Shown one piece after another: positions 1-7,255 of a DNA stretch of 24,000 bases (position 1 is the first letter of the stretch; the number at the start of each line of letters is the position of its first letter). The translations under genes were made by a program, and so were the position numbers. The notes beneath the pieces are model-generated. The model was not told the origin of the DNA and did no database searches. It saw nothing but the letters and a program-made list of their open reading frames with translations. The stretch is taken from assembly GCA_045403215.1 (NCBI GenBank), contig JAXIOW010000102.1, positions 1-24,000 on the forward strand, written 5' to 3'. The DNA comes from Nitrospirales bacterium. GTDB taxonomy: Bacteria > Nitrospirota > Nitrospiria > Nitrospirales > NS-4.

Positions 1-1
1 C

Positions 2-463
2 TTCTATTTCGGGCTCAAGCAGAACGGCGTGCTGTTGATCAACCACGACGGGCCGATGAAGCTGCCCCCGCAGGAGACGAATGAGCTCAAGGAGCGGAAC
101 GCCAAGCTCTATTACATTCCCGCCACGCAGCTCTCGCTCAAGGTCGCAGGCTTGGACCTGGCCACGAATATGGCGCTGATGGGCGCGATCGGGGCGATCA
201 CGCGTTTGACGACGCTCGAAGCGCTCGGCGGAGCGGTGAAGGATCGGTTCCTGGGGAAGGGCTTCGTCGTCTCCGGCGGGACCGCGGCGTTGGACAGTGT
301 CGTGGAAAGAAAGTTCAAGCAAAAACAGGAACTGATCGACAAGAACATTGCCGTCATCAAGGCCGGTTGGGACTACGCTGAGGAACACGGCTGGGGCGTT
401 GAAGAGAGGGCTGCGGCGAAAAAGGCCGACGATCTGGCCGCCGCCGATGCTGTCTCCCGCTGA
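2..463 (+). CDS. 2-oxoacid:ferredoxin oxidoreductase, gamma subunit (3' part; the start lies upstream of the window)
   Basis: The frame is open from the window edge (phase of nt 2) to TGA at 461-463. The translation FYFGLKQNGVLLINHD...NMALMGAIGAITRL...LIDKNIAVIKAGWDYAEEHG matches the pattern of POR/KOR gamma subunits. Other OFOR subunit genes follow directly. Confidence 0.8.
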   Translation, partial: FYFGLKQNGVLLINHDGPMKLPPQETNELKERNAKLYYIPATQLSLKVAGLDLATNMALMGAIGAITRLTTLEALGGAVKDRFLGKGFVVSGGTAALDSVVERKFKQKQELIDKNIAVIKAGWDYAEEHGWGVEERAAAKKADDLAAADAVSR

Positions 464-484
464 TCCCAAGAAGAGGAGACTTGC

Positions 485-811
485 ATGTATCTTGTTGCCG
501 ATATCAATGTCGACATCTGCGCCGCGACGAGCTGTAAGCTGTGCACGCAGTATTGCCCGGAGGCCAACACGATTCTCTATAGCGACAATTTGGGCAAGGA
601 CAAGGGGCTCAAGTACGGCTCGGCCTACGTGGCGGTGGACCGGTGCAAGGGTTGCGCGCAGTGCGTGTGGGTCTGCGACAATATGGCCAAACACCATGCG
701 ATCACGATGACGATGATCGACCAACTCCCCAAGGCAGCCATCACCGATCGCATCACCTACCTCGACAAGGGGGGCACCCAGGCCATTGCCGCTCCGGTCG
801 AAGTGGCGTAG
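485..811 (+). CDS. Small 2x[4Fe-4S] ferredoxin-type subunit of a five-subunit-type 2-oxoacid:ferredoxin oxidoreductase
   Basis: 108 aa. Cys motifs CAATSCKLCTQYCP and CKGCAQCVWVC. GAGGAG Shine-Dalgarno about 5 nt upstream of the ATG. Sits between the gamma and alpha subunit genes. Confidence 0.75.
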   Translation: MYLVADINVDICAATSCKLCTQYCPEANTILYSDNLGKDKGLKYGSAYVAVDRCKGCAQCVWVCDNMAKHHAITMTMIDQLPKAAITDRITYLDKGGTQAIAAPVEVA

Positions 812-819
812 GGGGGCGT

Positions 820-1575
820 ATGCTCTTGCAAAGCCTCCCCGCCGAGAAAGAGCGCATCATTGTGCCTGGACCGGCTGGCTTCATGCCGCCGTCTGCTGCC
901 CAGCTCGGTGTGGAATTGCCTCCCTCGGGGGTCGGCATCGCCTACGGGCATCACGTTCCGGAAGACCTTGCGATTGCGGAGATCGCCCGGCAGATGCTCA
1001 CCAAGCCGAACGCCACGATCTTTCCCGGCCCCATGGTGCTGTGGGCGTGGAACGACCACGCCGTTGAAAAAGCCACCGCCGTGCTGGAAATCGCCGCGCA
1101 GATTCCCAATGTCCTGATCATTCCCATGCCGGACTACCGGCCGAAGTATCCGAAGGTGGATCCGGAGGAAGTCATCAATCCGAATCACCCGAACCTGACC
1201 ATCTGGGGCAACAAGATCGAAGCCTGCATTTTCGTCGGCCTCCATTGTCACTACGCGAACTTGACCCTGAAGATGATCCGCGCCGGAACCAACTGCTGCA
1301 CGGCGGCGCTCTGCGCCGAGCAAGGGCATGAAGACGCCATGCTGAGCGTCCACGACATGGATGCCGAGAAGCTGCGGAAGGTGGCGAAGATCTTCAAACG
1401 GGTGCGGGAGGAGATGAAGATTCCGCTTCCGGCCGACGGCAAGACCGTCCGCTATACCGGCCTGCAGAGCCGCGTCAACGGGGGCGAGACTCACGTGAAT
1501 CCGCTGTCGTTCAAGATGGCGGCTCCTCCCCCTGCCGGCGTCCGCATGCCTCCGGAAGGGCAGAAGCCTCATTAA
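820..1575 (+). CDS. 251-aa OFOR-associated subunit, probably the ~24-kDa 'delta' subunit of Hydrogenobacter-type five-subunit enzymes
   Basis: ATG at 820 is preceded by GGGGGG. The longer ORF from 643 overlaps the ferredoxin gene and its extra part is Arg/Gly/His-rich noise. The call rests on size and position just upstream of the alpha subunit. I recognise no cofactor motif. Confidence 0.5.
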   Translation: MLLQSLPAEKERIIVPGPAGFMPPSAAQLGVELPPSGVGIAYGHHVPEDLAIAEIARQMLTKPNATIFPGPMVLWAWNDHAVEKATAVLEIAAQIPNVLIIPMPDYRPKYPKVDPEEVINPNHPNLTIWGNKIEACIFVGLHCHYANLTLKMIRAGTNCCTAALCAEQGHEDAMLSVHDMDAEKLRKVAKIFKRVREEMKIPLPADGKTVRYTGLQSRVNGGETHVNPLSFKMAAPPPAGVRMPPEGQKPH

Positions 1576-1626
1576 GATCGGCCGAAAGATCGACCGAGAA
1601 GTGATTTCTAGATTGAGGAGGCCACG

Positions 1627-3021
1627 ATGAGCAACCCTCTCGAACCCGAAGTGAAGACGAACCCGCAAGGGGATCCGATCACGTCTGTCGAACCCGAACA
1701 GAAGACCAATCCGCAGGGCGATCCGATCACCTCGGCGGCGCCCATCAAGGTCGGCGGTGGGACGAAGGATCCGCACGAGGGGGCGAAAAAGCAGCGGGTG
1801 GTGACGCCTGAATACATGTTCTTCGAGGCGCCCCGGAAGCGGGAATTCATTACGGGGAGCGAGGCGGCGAAAGAAGCGGTGCGGCGCTCCAGTGTGGATT
1901 TCTCGGTGGCTTACCCGATTACCCCTCAGAGCGAAACCATGCAGTTGATCGGGGTTCTCTACGGAGAGGGGTATGTCAAGGAATACTATCGTGGTGAAGA
2001 GGAATACGGCGTGATGTCGGCCATTGCCGGAGGTTCCAGGGCGGGTGTCCGCTGCTTCACGGCAACCGCCGGACCCGGCACGTTGCGGGGGATCGAGCCG
2101 ATCGCGTCATGGCCCGGACACCGGCTTCCGGCCGTGGCCATGTTCACATGCCGCGTGGTCAACGCTCCGTTGGCGATCCAGCCCGACAATATCGAGGTCG
2201 CGTACCTCTTGAACTGCGGCATGATCGTCTTCCATGCCGAAAACCAGCAGGACCTGTTCGACTTCATCATGAAGGGCTTCGTCATCAGCGAGAAGAACGA
2301 CGTCACCTTGCCCGTCGGCGTCGCCTGCGACGGCTTCTTCGTGACGCACGCCCGCAGTTACGTGGACATGCAGGAAAAGGGCATCAGGCTTCCGCCGCGT
2401 GAGGCCTGGAAGGGCGCGGTTCCGGTGCTGGACGCGGAGAATCCGCCGGCCCGCCTGTCCCGCGACGCGCCGGTCCAGAAAAGCAACTTCATGGCCTACA
2501 ACATCCATGCCGTGTGGCAGCAGGAAGTCTGGGCGGCGGTCGAGCGGTCGCGGCGGTACATCGAACAATACATGGGTGGACTGTGCACAGCCGAGAATGT
2601 GGAAGGCGCCGAGGCGGTGATCGTCGCGTCCGGCAGCGCCTGTGCCCAGTCCCGTGAGGCCATCCGGCTGTGCAAAGATCAAGGGGTCAACGTCGGCCTG
2701 ATCAAGATCCGGTCGCTCCGTCCATTCCCGACCAAGGAACTACGCCAGCTCTGCGCGAAGGCAAAGCTCATTGTGATCCCGGAGTTCAATTATGTCGGCT
2801 GGCTGGCCAAGGATGTGGCGGCGGCGATCTATGGCTATTCCAACTCCAAGATCGTGGCCGGCCCGCACGTGTACGGCGGGATGTCCATGCCGGTCGAGAT
2901 GATCGTGGACGAGGTGATCGGCGGCCTGACCGGGAAGAAGTCCATTGCGGTTCCGGACTCGGCTATCCTGGGACGCGACGTCAACCAGGCCGACGTGGCC
3001 CACTTCATGCAGAACATCTGA
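1627..3021 (+). CDS. 2-oxoacid:ferredoxin oxidoreductase, alpha subunit, with a ~72-aa N-terminal extension
   Basis: 464 aa. Strong RBS GAGGAGG 5 nt before the ATG. The core from ~residue 73 (EFITGSEAAKEAV...VAYPITPQSE...FTATAGPGT) is typical of PorA/KorA. The extension contains a tandem repeat (listed separately). Confidence 0.85.
   Translation: MSNPLEPEVKTNPQGDPITSVEPEQKTNPQGDPITSAAPIKVGGGTKDPHEGAKKQRVVTPEYMFFEAPRKREFITGSEAAKEAVRRSSVDFSVAYPITPQSETMQLIGVLYGEGYVKEYYRGEEEYGVMSAIAGGSRAGVRCFTATAGPGTLRGIEPIASWPGHRLPAVAMFTCRVVNAPLAIQPDNIEVAYLLNCGMIVFHAENQQDLFDFIMKGFVISEKNDVTLPVGVACDGFFVTHARSYVDMQEKGIRLPPREAWKGAVPVLDAENPPARLSRDAPVQKSNFMAYNIHAVWQQEVWAAVERSRRYIEQYMGGLCTAENVEGAEAVIVASGSACAQSREAIRLCKDQGVNVGLIKIRSLRPFPTKELRQLCAKAKLIVIPEFNYVGWLAKDVAAAIYGYSNSKIVAGPHVYGGMSMPVEMIVDEVIGGLTGKKSIAVPDSAILGRDVNQADVAHFMQNI
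1642..1737 (+). repeat. Tandem 2 x 48-nt (16-aa) in-frame repeat inside the alpha-subunit N-terminal extension
   Basis: EPEVKTNPQGDPITSV / EPEQKTNPQGDPITSA. Across the first 15 codons of the unit, six codons differ only synonymously and one changes the residue (GTG->CAG, V->Q). The 16th codon differs V->A. Confidence 0.9.
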
Positions 3022-3043
3022 CGGCTGTCCCGGTGTGAACGAC

Positions 3044-3084
3044 AAGAGGCCGTCCAGGGCACCCCGGACGGCCTCTTTAGTTTT
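3044..3084. terminator. Rho-independent terminator hairpin between convergent genes; the T-run is on the + side
   Basis: GAGGCCGTCC (3046-3055) pairs perfectly with GGACGGCCTC (3066-3075) and is followed by TTTAGTTTT. It lies between the alpha-subunit stop (3021) and the stop of the minus-strand 78-aa gene (3101). Confidence 0.75.
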
Positions 3085-3100
3085 GGCAGAAGCGGGCGGG

Positions 3101-3337
3101 CTATTCCTCGAGCATTTCCTCACTGTCCGGCATCCCGTACGCGACGAACTTGGCGTAGCTCAGATAGATCGCGCTGCTGTCGCGCATCGCTTTCGCGCCT
3201 TGGGTCATCCGCTCGAGCTTGATCGGATCAGCAGCTTCGGACTCCCGCATCGCCGCGACTTGGCGCTCCAGAAGCGTGTTAAACTCGTACATGGCCCGTT
3301 CGATGTTCAGGTAGGCTTCTTTGATCGCATCAGTCAT
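3101..3337 (-). CDS. Small (78 aa) acidic, predicted all-helical protein of unknown function
   Basis: AGGAG Shine-Dalgarno 6 nt upstream of the ATG on the minus strand. Sequence composition is non-degenerate. The ORF ends just before the shared terminator. Confidence 0.55.
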   Translation of the reverse strand: MTDAIKEAYLNIERAMYEFNTLLERQVAAMRESEAADPIKLERMTQGAKAMRDSSAIYLSYAKFVAYGMPDSEEMLEE

Positions 3338-3403
3338 GGCGCGCTCCTAAGTGGGTCAGTGCTGACGACTGGTGACCTTACACCAGCCCTACTAGGGGGG
3401 TCA

Positions 3404-4549
3404 ATGAACCTTTCGCACAGTCTGCTCGCGGCGCTCCGGGCCCGGCATGGCGAGCCGGATCGGGCAGTCGCCGAAGGGGTCCGCACGCTCTCCCGGCTGT
3501 TTACGAAGGAACGGGACGCGTTGGGTGGGGACTACTTCGCGGACCCGGTACTGTGCCGCGCCTACCTTCTGTATTTCCTGCCCGTCAATGTCGCCAAAGT
3601 GGCCAGCCTGCTTCGAGAGATGCCGGCGTTGCCGGCGCGTCCCTTGCGGATCCTGGACGTGGGGAGCGGCCCCGGGGTCGGCTCGCTGGCCGTCCTCGAC
3701 CATCTCATGCAGCACGGCGTCGCTGCGCAAGAGGGGGCCGAAGTGATCGCGGTGGATCGCAGCCGCCGAGCGCTGCAGGAGGCCGAGGCCCTGTGGGAGA
3801 AGGTATCCGCGACGCGGCACGGCGGGCCGTCCTGCCGGTTCCATACCGTGCCGCTCGATCTGGAACGACCGGGCACCCGCGTTCCCTGGAAGGCCGGCGC
3901 CTTCGACCTGGTGATCCTGGCCAACAGCCTGAATGAACTCTTCCGGTCGGCGACGGATCCCATCGCCCGCCGGGTCGCGTTGCTGGAAGCCCTGCTCGAT
4001 GCCCTGTCGCCCGACGGGACCTGCATGATCGTTGAACCTGCGTTACGGGGGACGACGCGGGACCTGCACCACGTGCGGGACCGGCTGGTAGCGGCGAGAC
4101 GGGCGACTGTGTACAGCCCCTGTCTGCACGAACGGCCCTGTCCGGCGCTGGCGCACCCGGATGACTGGTGCCACGAGGAGCGGCCCTGGTCGCCTCCGCC
4201 GATGCTGCAGGCCATCGATCGCGAGGTAGGCTTCATCAAGGACGCCTTGAAGTTCTCCTATCTCATATTGCGCAAGGACGGACTGACGGTCGCGGAGCGG
4301 GGCCCGGACGTCTACCGGGTCGTCAGCGAGGTGATGGTCATGAAGGGAGACCGCCGGGCGTGGCTGTGCAACGAGACCGGCCGCCCGCTGGTCGGGCGCC
4401 TCGACAAGGCGCGCTCGGAGGCCAACGCGGCGCTCGAGGGGTGGCATCGTGGGGCTATCGTCCGCGTGGAGCACATCGAGCGCCGCGCCACGATCGGCCG
4501 CATCGAGAGCTTGACGCGCGTCGAGTTGGTTCGCCCCGTCGAAGGCTAG
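3404..4549 (+). CDS. SAM-dependent methyltransferase, Rsm22-like (COG5459-type)
   Basis: ATG at 3404 follows GGGGGG. The SAM motif I ILDVGSGPGVG is present. The C-terminal half is Cys/His-rich (CLHERPCPALAHPDDWCHEE), as in bacterial Rsm22 homologues. The ORF-track start at 2945 would overlap the convergent gene and the terminator. Confidence 0.6.
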   Translation: MNLSHSLLAALRARHGEPDRAVAEGVRTLSRLFTKERDALGGDYFADPVLCRAYLLYFLPVNVAKVASLLREMPALPARPLRILDVGSGPGVGSLAVLDHLMQHGVAAQEGAEVIAVDRSRRALQEAEALWEKVSATRHGGPSCRFHTVPLDLERPGTRVPWKAGAFDLVILANSLNELFRSATDPIARRVALLEALLDALSPDGTCMIVEPALRGTTRDLHHVRDRLVAARRATVYSPCLHERPCPALAHPDDWCHEERPWSPPPMLQAIDREVGFIKDALKFSYLILRKDGLTVAERGPDVYRVVSEVMVMKGDRRAWLCNETGRPLVGRLDKARSEANAALEGWHRGAIVRVEHIERRATIGRIESLTRVELVRPVEG

Positions 4550-4552
4550 GCT

Positions 4553-4906
4553 TTACTCGAACGCTTCCAGGGAGGATTTCTCGAAGAAAGGGCGCTGGCA
4601 CGCGGTGCAGGTGACGAAGTAGATGGCCCCGCGGACGGACGGCTGCACGCGAAAATCCAACGTCGCGCCGATCTTCAGGCAGGCGGGGCAACGCATGCCC
4701 TTCAACCAGTACGCCACGTCCGGCTGGCTCCGCGTGAAACTCTCCACGTCCATGTGGATGGGAAAGCTGTAGCGGCATCCTTTGCAGAAGGCCCTGTATT
4801 CGCCGTCGGTCACCCGGCTGTCGCGGGGGATCATATACTCGGTGGAGTTCTTGCAGACGGGGCAGGCGATGTCCGCCAAGCGGCGCTCGACGCTTTCAAA
4901 GTCCAT
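4553..4906 (-). CDS. Double zinc-ribbon protein (117 aa), function unknown
   Basis: Two CxxC...CxxC pairs (CPVC...CKGC; CPAC...CTAC). ATG at 4906 has AGGGA 8 nt upstream. An alternative start at 4960 would add 18 aa. The stop lies 3 nt from the stop of the convergent methyltransferase gene. Confidence 0.6.
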   Translation of the reverse strand: MDFESVERRLADIACPVCKNSTEYMIPRDSRVTDGEYRAFCKGCRYSFPIHMDVESFTRSQPDVAYWLKGMRCPACLKIGATLDFRVQPSVRGAIYFVTCTACQRPFFEKSSLEAFE

Positions 4907-4976
4907 CGCGTATGTCCCTTGAGGCGCTTTCACTGTAACGGATCGGGCGCTCGTGCGCAATCCGTCCCCAACAGCC

Positions 4977-5005
4977 TTGCCAGGCAGAGACGCTCTCGCT
5001 ATACT
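4977..5005 (+). promoter_or_regulatory. Candidate sigma70-type promoter for the phosphatase-mutM pair
   Basis: TTGCCA (4977-4982), a 17-nt spacer, then TATACT (5000-5005). About 50 nt upstream of the ATG at 5055. Confidence 0.45.
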
Positions 5006-5054
5006 ACGGTCCGAGCAGCCAGGCGCACGGCAATCCGGTCTTCACGCGCAACGT

Positions 5055-5489
5055 ATGCACCTGATCAACGACAAACTAGCCGTCGGCAACGCCGAGGACG
5101 TGGTGCGTCCCGCTCGGCTCATGACCGCGGTCCTGAACGTGGCGGCGGAGAGCCAGGTTACGCCCCCGCCTGGGTTGGCCTACGCCAGGATTCCGTTCAA
5201 GGAGTTTGCCGAGGCCGATCCGACTCTGCTTGAGGCAGCAGTCGAGTGGCTTGAGCAGCACGAGAAGGACCACCGCCTGATGGTGTGCTGTCGGGCCGGC
5301 ATGGGCCGATCGGTATCGGTGGTCATCGCCTACCTGTGCCTGATCAAAGGGGTGCCGTATCAGGACGCGGTCAAGGAGGTCGCCGCGCGCCGACCGGGGG
5401 CGACGCCGCTCCCCAACCTGGAAGGCACCATTCGCCTCATCCGCGAGCAGCGTGCGGAGCGGAACAGAGGCTATGCCGGAACTCCCTGA
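5055..5489 (+). CDS. Dual-specificity (Cys-based, CX5R) protein phosphatase-like protein
   Basis: 144 aa. The active-site signature VCCRAGMGRS (C-x5-R-S) is followed by VSVVIAYL. ATG at 5055 lies downstream of the candidate promoter. The GTG at 4953 lies upstream of that promoter and adds a Pro/Arg-rich tail. Confidence 0.65.
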   Translation: MHLINDKLAVGNAEDVVRPARLMTAVLNVAAESQVTPPPGLAYARIPFKEFAEADPTLLEAAVEWLEQHEKDHRLMVCCRAGMGRSVSVVIAYLCLIKGVPYQDAVKEVAARRPGATPLPNLEGTIRLIREQRAERNRGYAGTP

Positions 5490-6297
5490 AGCCGAGACCA
5501 TCGCCCGCCAGTTCAGAGCGCGGCTGCTCGGCGCGACGATCACCGAGTGCCGGATCGAGCGCGCGGACATCGTGCGTGAGGGCCCCTCCACGCTGCCGTG
5601 GTATCGGGGGGCCCGTTTGGTCTCGGCGGGACGGCTCGGGAAGAGTGTGGTCCTGGAGGCCGAGAGATCGGGCGAGACTCGCTATCTGGTCTTTGAGCTC
5701 GGCATGACCGGCCTCCTGTTCTTCACCCTGCTCGATCCTTCCTACCGGAAGCATACCCACCTCACCCTTTCGCTGACCGGCTCGGTCCCGGCGCTGTATT
5801 ACTGGAACCCCAGACGGTTCGGTCGGGTCTGCTTGCTCGACGGGCCTGGCCTGGCGCGGTTTGCCAAGCGGCGGTTCGGGTGCGATCCGTTGACGGTGCC
5901 CTGGGAAGACTTCCGGGCAGTGGTGGCGCGCCGGCGCGGGCGCCTCAAGGCCCTGCTCATGCATCAACAAGTAATCGCCGGTATCGGCAATATCTATGCG
6001 AACGAGATTCTATATCGCGCCCGCCTCCACCCCTATCGGGTGGCGAGCCGCTTGCAAGCCAGGACCGTCCGGCACCTCTACGACGCGATGCGAGACGTCC
6101 TGAGCGAGGCCATCGCGGCCGGAGGCTCCAGCGTCCGGGATTTCCTGGCGCCCGACGGGACGAAAGGAGACTACTGGAAGCGGCATCAGGTGTACAACAA
6201 AGCCGGGCTGCCGTGCCCCGCCGGGTGCGGTCGCACCATCCACCGCTTGAGGGGCGAGCGCAGCTCGTTCTATTGTCCGGCCTGTCAGCGTAAATAA
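5473..6297 (+). CDS. mutM: Formamidopyrimidine-DNA glycosylase
   Basis: Begins MPELPEAET (catalytic Pro2/Glu3). The C-terminal zinc finger is CPAGCGRTIHRLRGERSSFYCPAC. 274 aa. The start overlaps the phosphatase gene by 17 nt. Confidence 0.9.
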   Translation: MPELPEAETIARQFRARLLGATITECRIERADIVREGPSTLPWYRGARLVSAGRLGKSVVLEAERSGETRYLVFELGMTGLLFFTLLDPSYRKHTHLTLSLTGSVPALYYWNPRRFGRVCLLDGPGLARFAKRRFGCDPLTVPWEDFRAVVARRRGRLKALLMHQQVIAGIGNIYANEILYRARLHPYRVASRLQARTVRHLYDAMRDVLSEAIAAGGSSVRDFLAPDGTKGDYWKRHQVYNKAGLPCPAGCGRTIHRLRGERSSFYCPACQRK

Positions 6298-6421
6298 AAC
6301 GGGTCTGCCTCGGTTGACAGAGCAGTGACGCCACGTACGCCTGATCGTCGTCTCCTGGCACAGGACCTGCTGCTGGCGATGGTAGCCGGCATTTAGCAAC
6401 TCCCGGGGAGGAGGGCGCGCC

Positions 6422-7207
6422 ATGATCATTTCGGTCATTAATCATACCAACGGCGAGCTGACAGACGAGCAGGTGCAGCATGCGATCCGAGCCATGAATC
6501 GTCAGATCGCCGAGGATTTCGAGCCGTACTGGAGCCTCGGCGCGGAACTCCGGCTGGAGGGCAAGAGCGGAACGAAGCCGAGCAAACAAAATTTGGCCGA
6601 CATGCGTGGCGATGCGGTGATCTACCTGTGGAACCAAACGGATGTCCCGGGCGCTCTCGGCTACCATGACAGCAACAACCGCGGGATTCCCTTCGGGTTC
6701 GTCTTTACCGAGCTTTCCGAGAAGCTGGGAGAGAAATGGACGGTGACCCTCTCGCATGAAGCGCTCGAGCTCATTGCGGATCCGGAGGTAAATCTCCTCG
6801 TCCAGGGTCCGCATCCCAGCGATGCCAAGAAGACCGTGTTTCATTGGTACGAGATGTGCGATGCGGTGCAGGCCGAGACCTATGAACTCGATGAGGTCGC
6901 GGTGTCGAATTTCTTGTTGCCACTGTACTTTACCGGGGGTGAAGAAGCTGGCGGGCGGAATGATTTCTTGGGCAGAGTCTACAACGGGAAGACGCTGAAG
7001 TCCTTCGGGGTCAACCCGGGAGGCTACATCGGGTTCTTTAACCCAGTGACCGGACAGCATGAAACGTTTTCTATGAAGGGCGACAGTATCGCAGCACGAC
7101 GCCTGGAGGTGAAGAGTAAAGGACAGGGCACGCGGCGCTCCGTCCGGTATCAACGCTTTACTTTCGGGAGGGCCGGTTCGAAGCCGTCGGGCGCGCGGAG
7201 GAGATGA
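6422..7207 (+). CDS. Hypothetical protein (261 aa) with an SHEALELIADP motif and a strongly basic C-terminal tail
   Basis: GGAGGAGGG Shine-Dalgarno 6 nt upstream. Composition is coding-like. I recognise no family. Confidence 0.6.
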   Translation: MIISVINHTNGELTDEQVQHAIRAMNRQIAEDFEPYWSLGAELRLEGKSGTKPSKQNLADMRGDAVIYLWNQTDVPGALGYHDSNNRGIPFGFVFTELSEKLGEKWTVTLSHEALELIADPEVNLLVQGPHPSDAKKTVFHWYEMCDAVQAETYELDEVAVSNFLLPLYFTGGEEAGGRNDFLGRVYNGKTLKSFGVNPGGYIGFFNPVTGQHETFSMKGDSIAARRLEVKSKGQGTRRSVRYQRFTFGRAGSKPSGARRR

Positions 7208-7226
7208 ATGGACTCTCAGTTTTCGC

Positions 7227-7255
7227 TTGACGATGTCTGCTGAATCATCTATATA
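7227..7255 (+). promoter_or_regulatory. Near-consensus sigma70-type promoter upstream of aclB
   Basis: TTGACG (7227-7232), a 17-nt spacer, then TATATA (7250-7255), in an AT-richer intergenic region. It implies a ~140-nt leader before the aclB ATG at 7405. Confidence 0.6.

Noticed and set aside
643-819. 5' extension of the 251-aa OFOR subunit ORF
   Set aside because: It overlaps most of the ferredoxin-subunit gene out of frame and encodes His/Arg/Gly-rich filler. The ATG at 820 follows the upstream stop with an RBS.
1574-1597. Tandem 12-mer AAGATCGGCCGA / AAGATCGACCGA right after the 251-aa gene stop
   Set aside because: There are only two copies with one mismatch. The first contains a self-complementary TCGGCCGA. 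It is too short to separate from chance or a slippage duplication, and no functional hypothesis is supported by the sequence alone.
757-1776. 339-aa minus-strand ORF antisense to the OFOR subunit genes
   Set aside because: It is Arg/Gly/Pro/His-rich low-complexity sequence, lies entirely antisense to well-supported genes and has no RBS. This is the usual shadow ORF of high-GC coding DNA.
2945-3403. 5' extension of the methyltransferase ORF (534-aa version)
   Set aside because: It would run through the terminator hairpin and the whole convergent 78-aa gene. The extra sequence is Arg/Pro-rich. The ATG at 3404 has a G-rich RBS and is where the recognisable sequence starts.
6314-6345. TTGACA hexamer upstream of the 261-aa gene as a -35 element
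   Set aside because: No acceptable -10 hexamer lies at a 16-18 nt spacing (TACGCC/ACGCCT).
5957-7153. 398-aa minus-strand ORF spanning mutM and the 261-aa gene
   Set aside because: It crosses an intergenic region and two plus-strand genes with motifs or RBS support. Its composition is Arg/Pro/Gly-biased. Shadow ORF.
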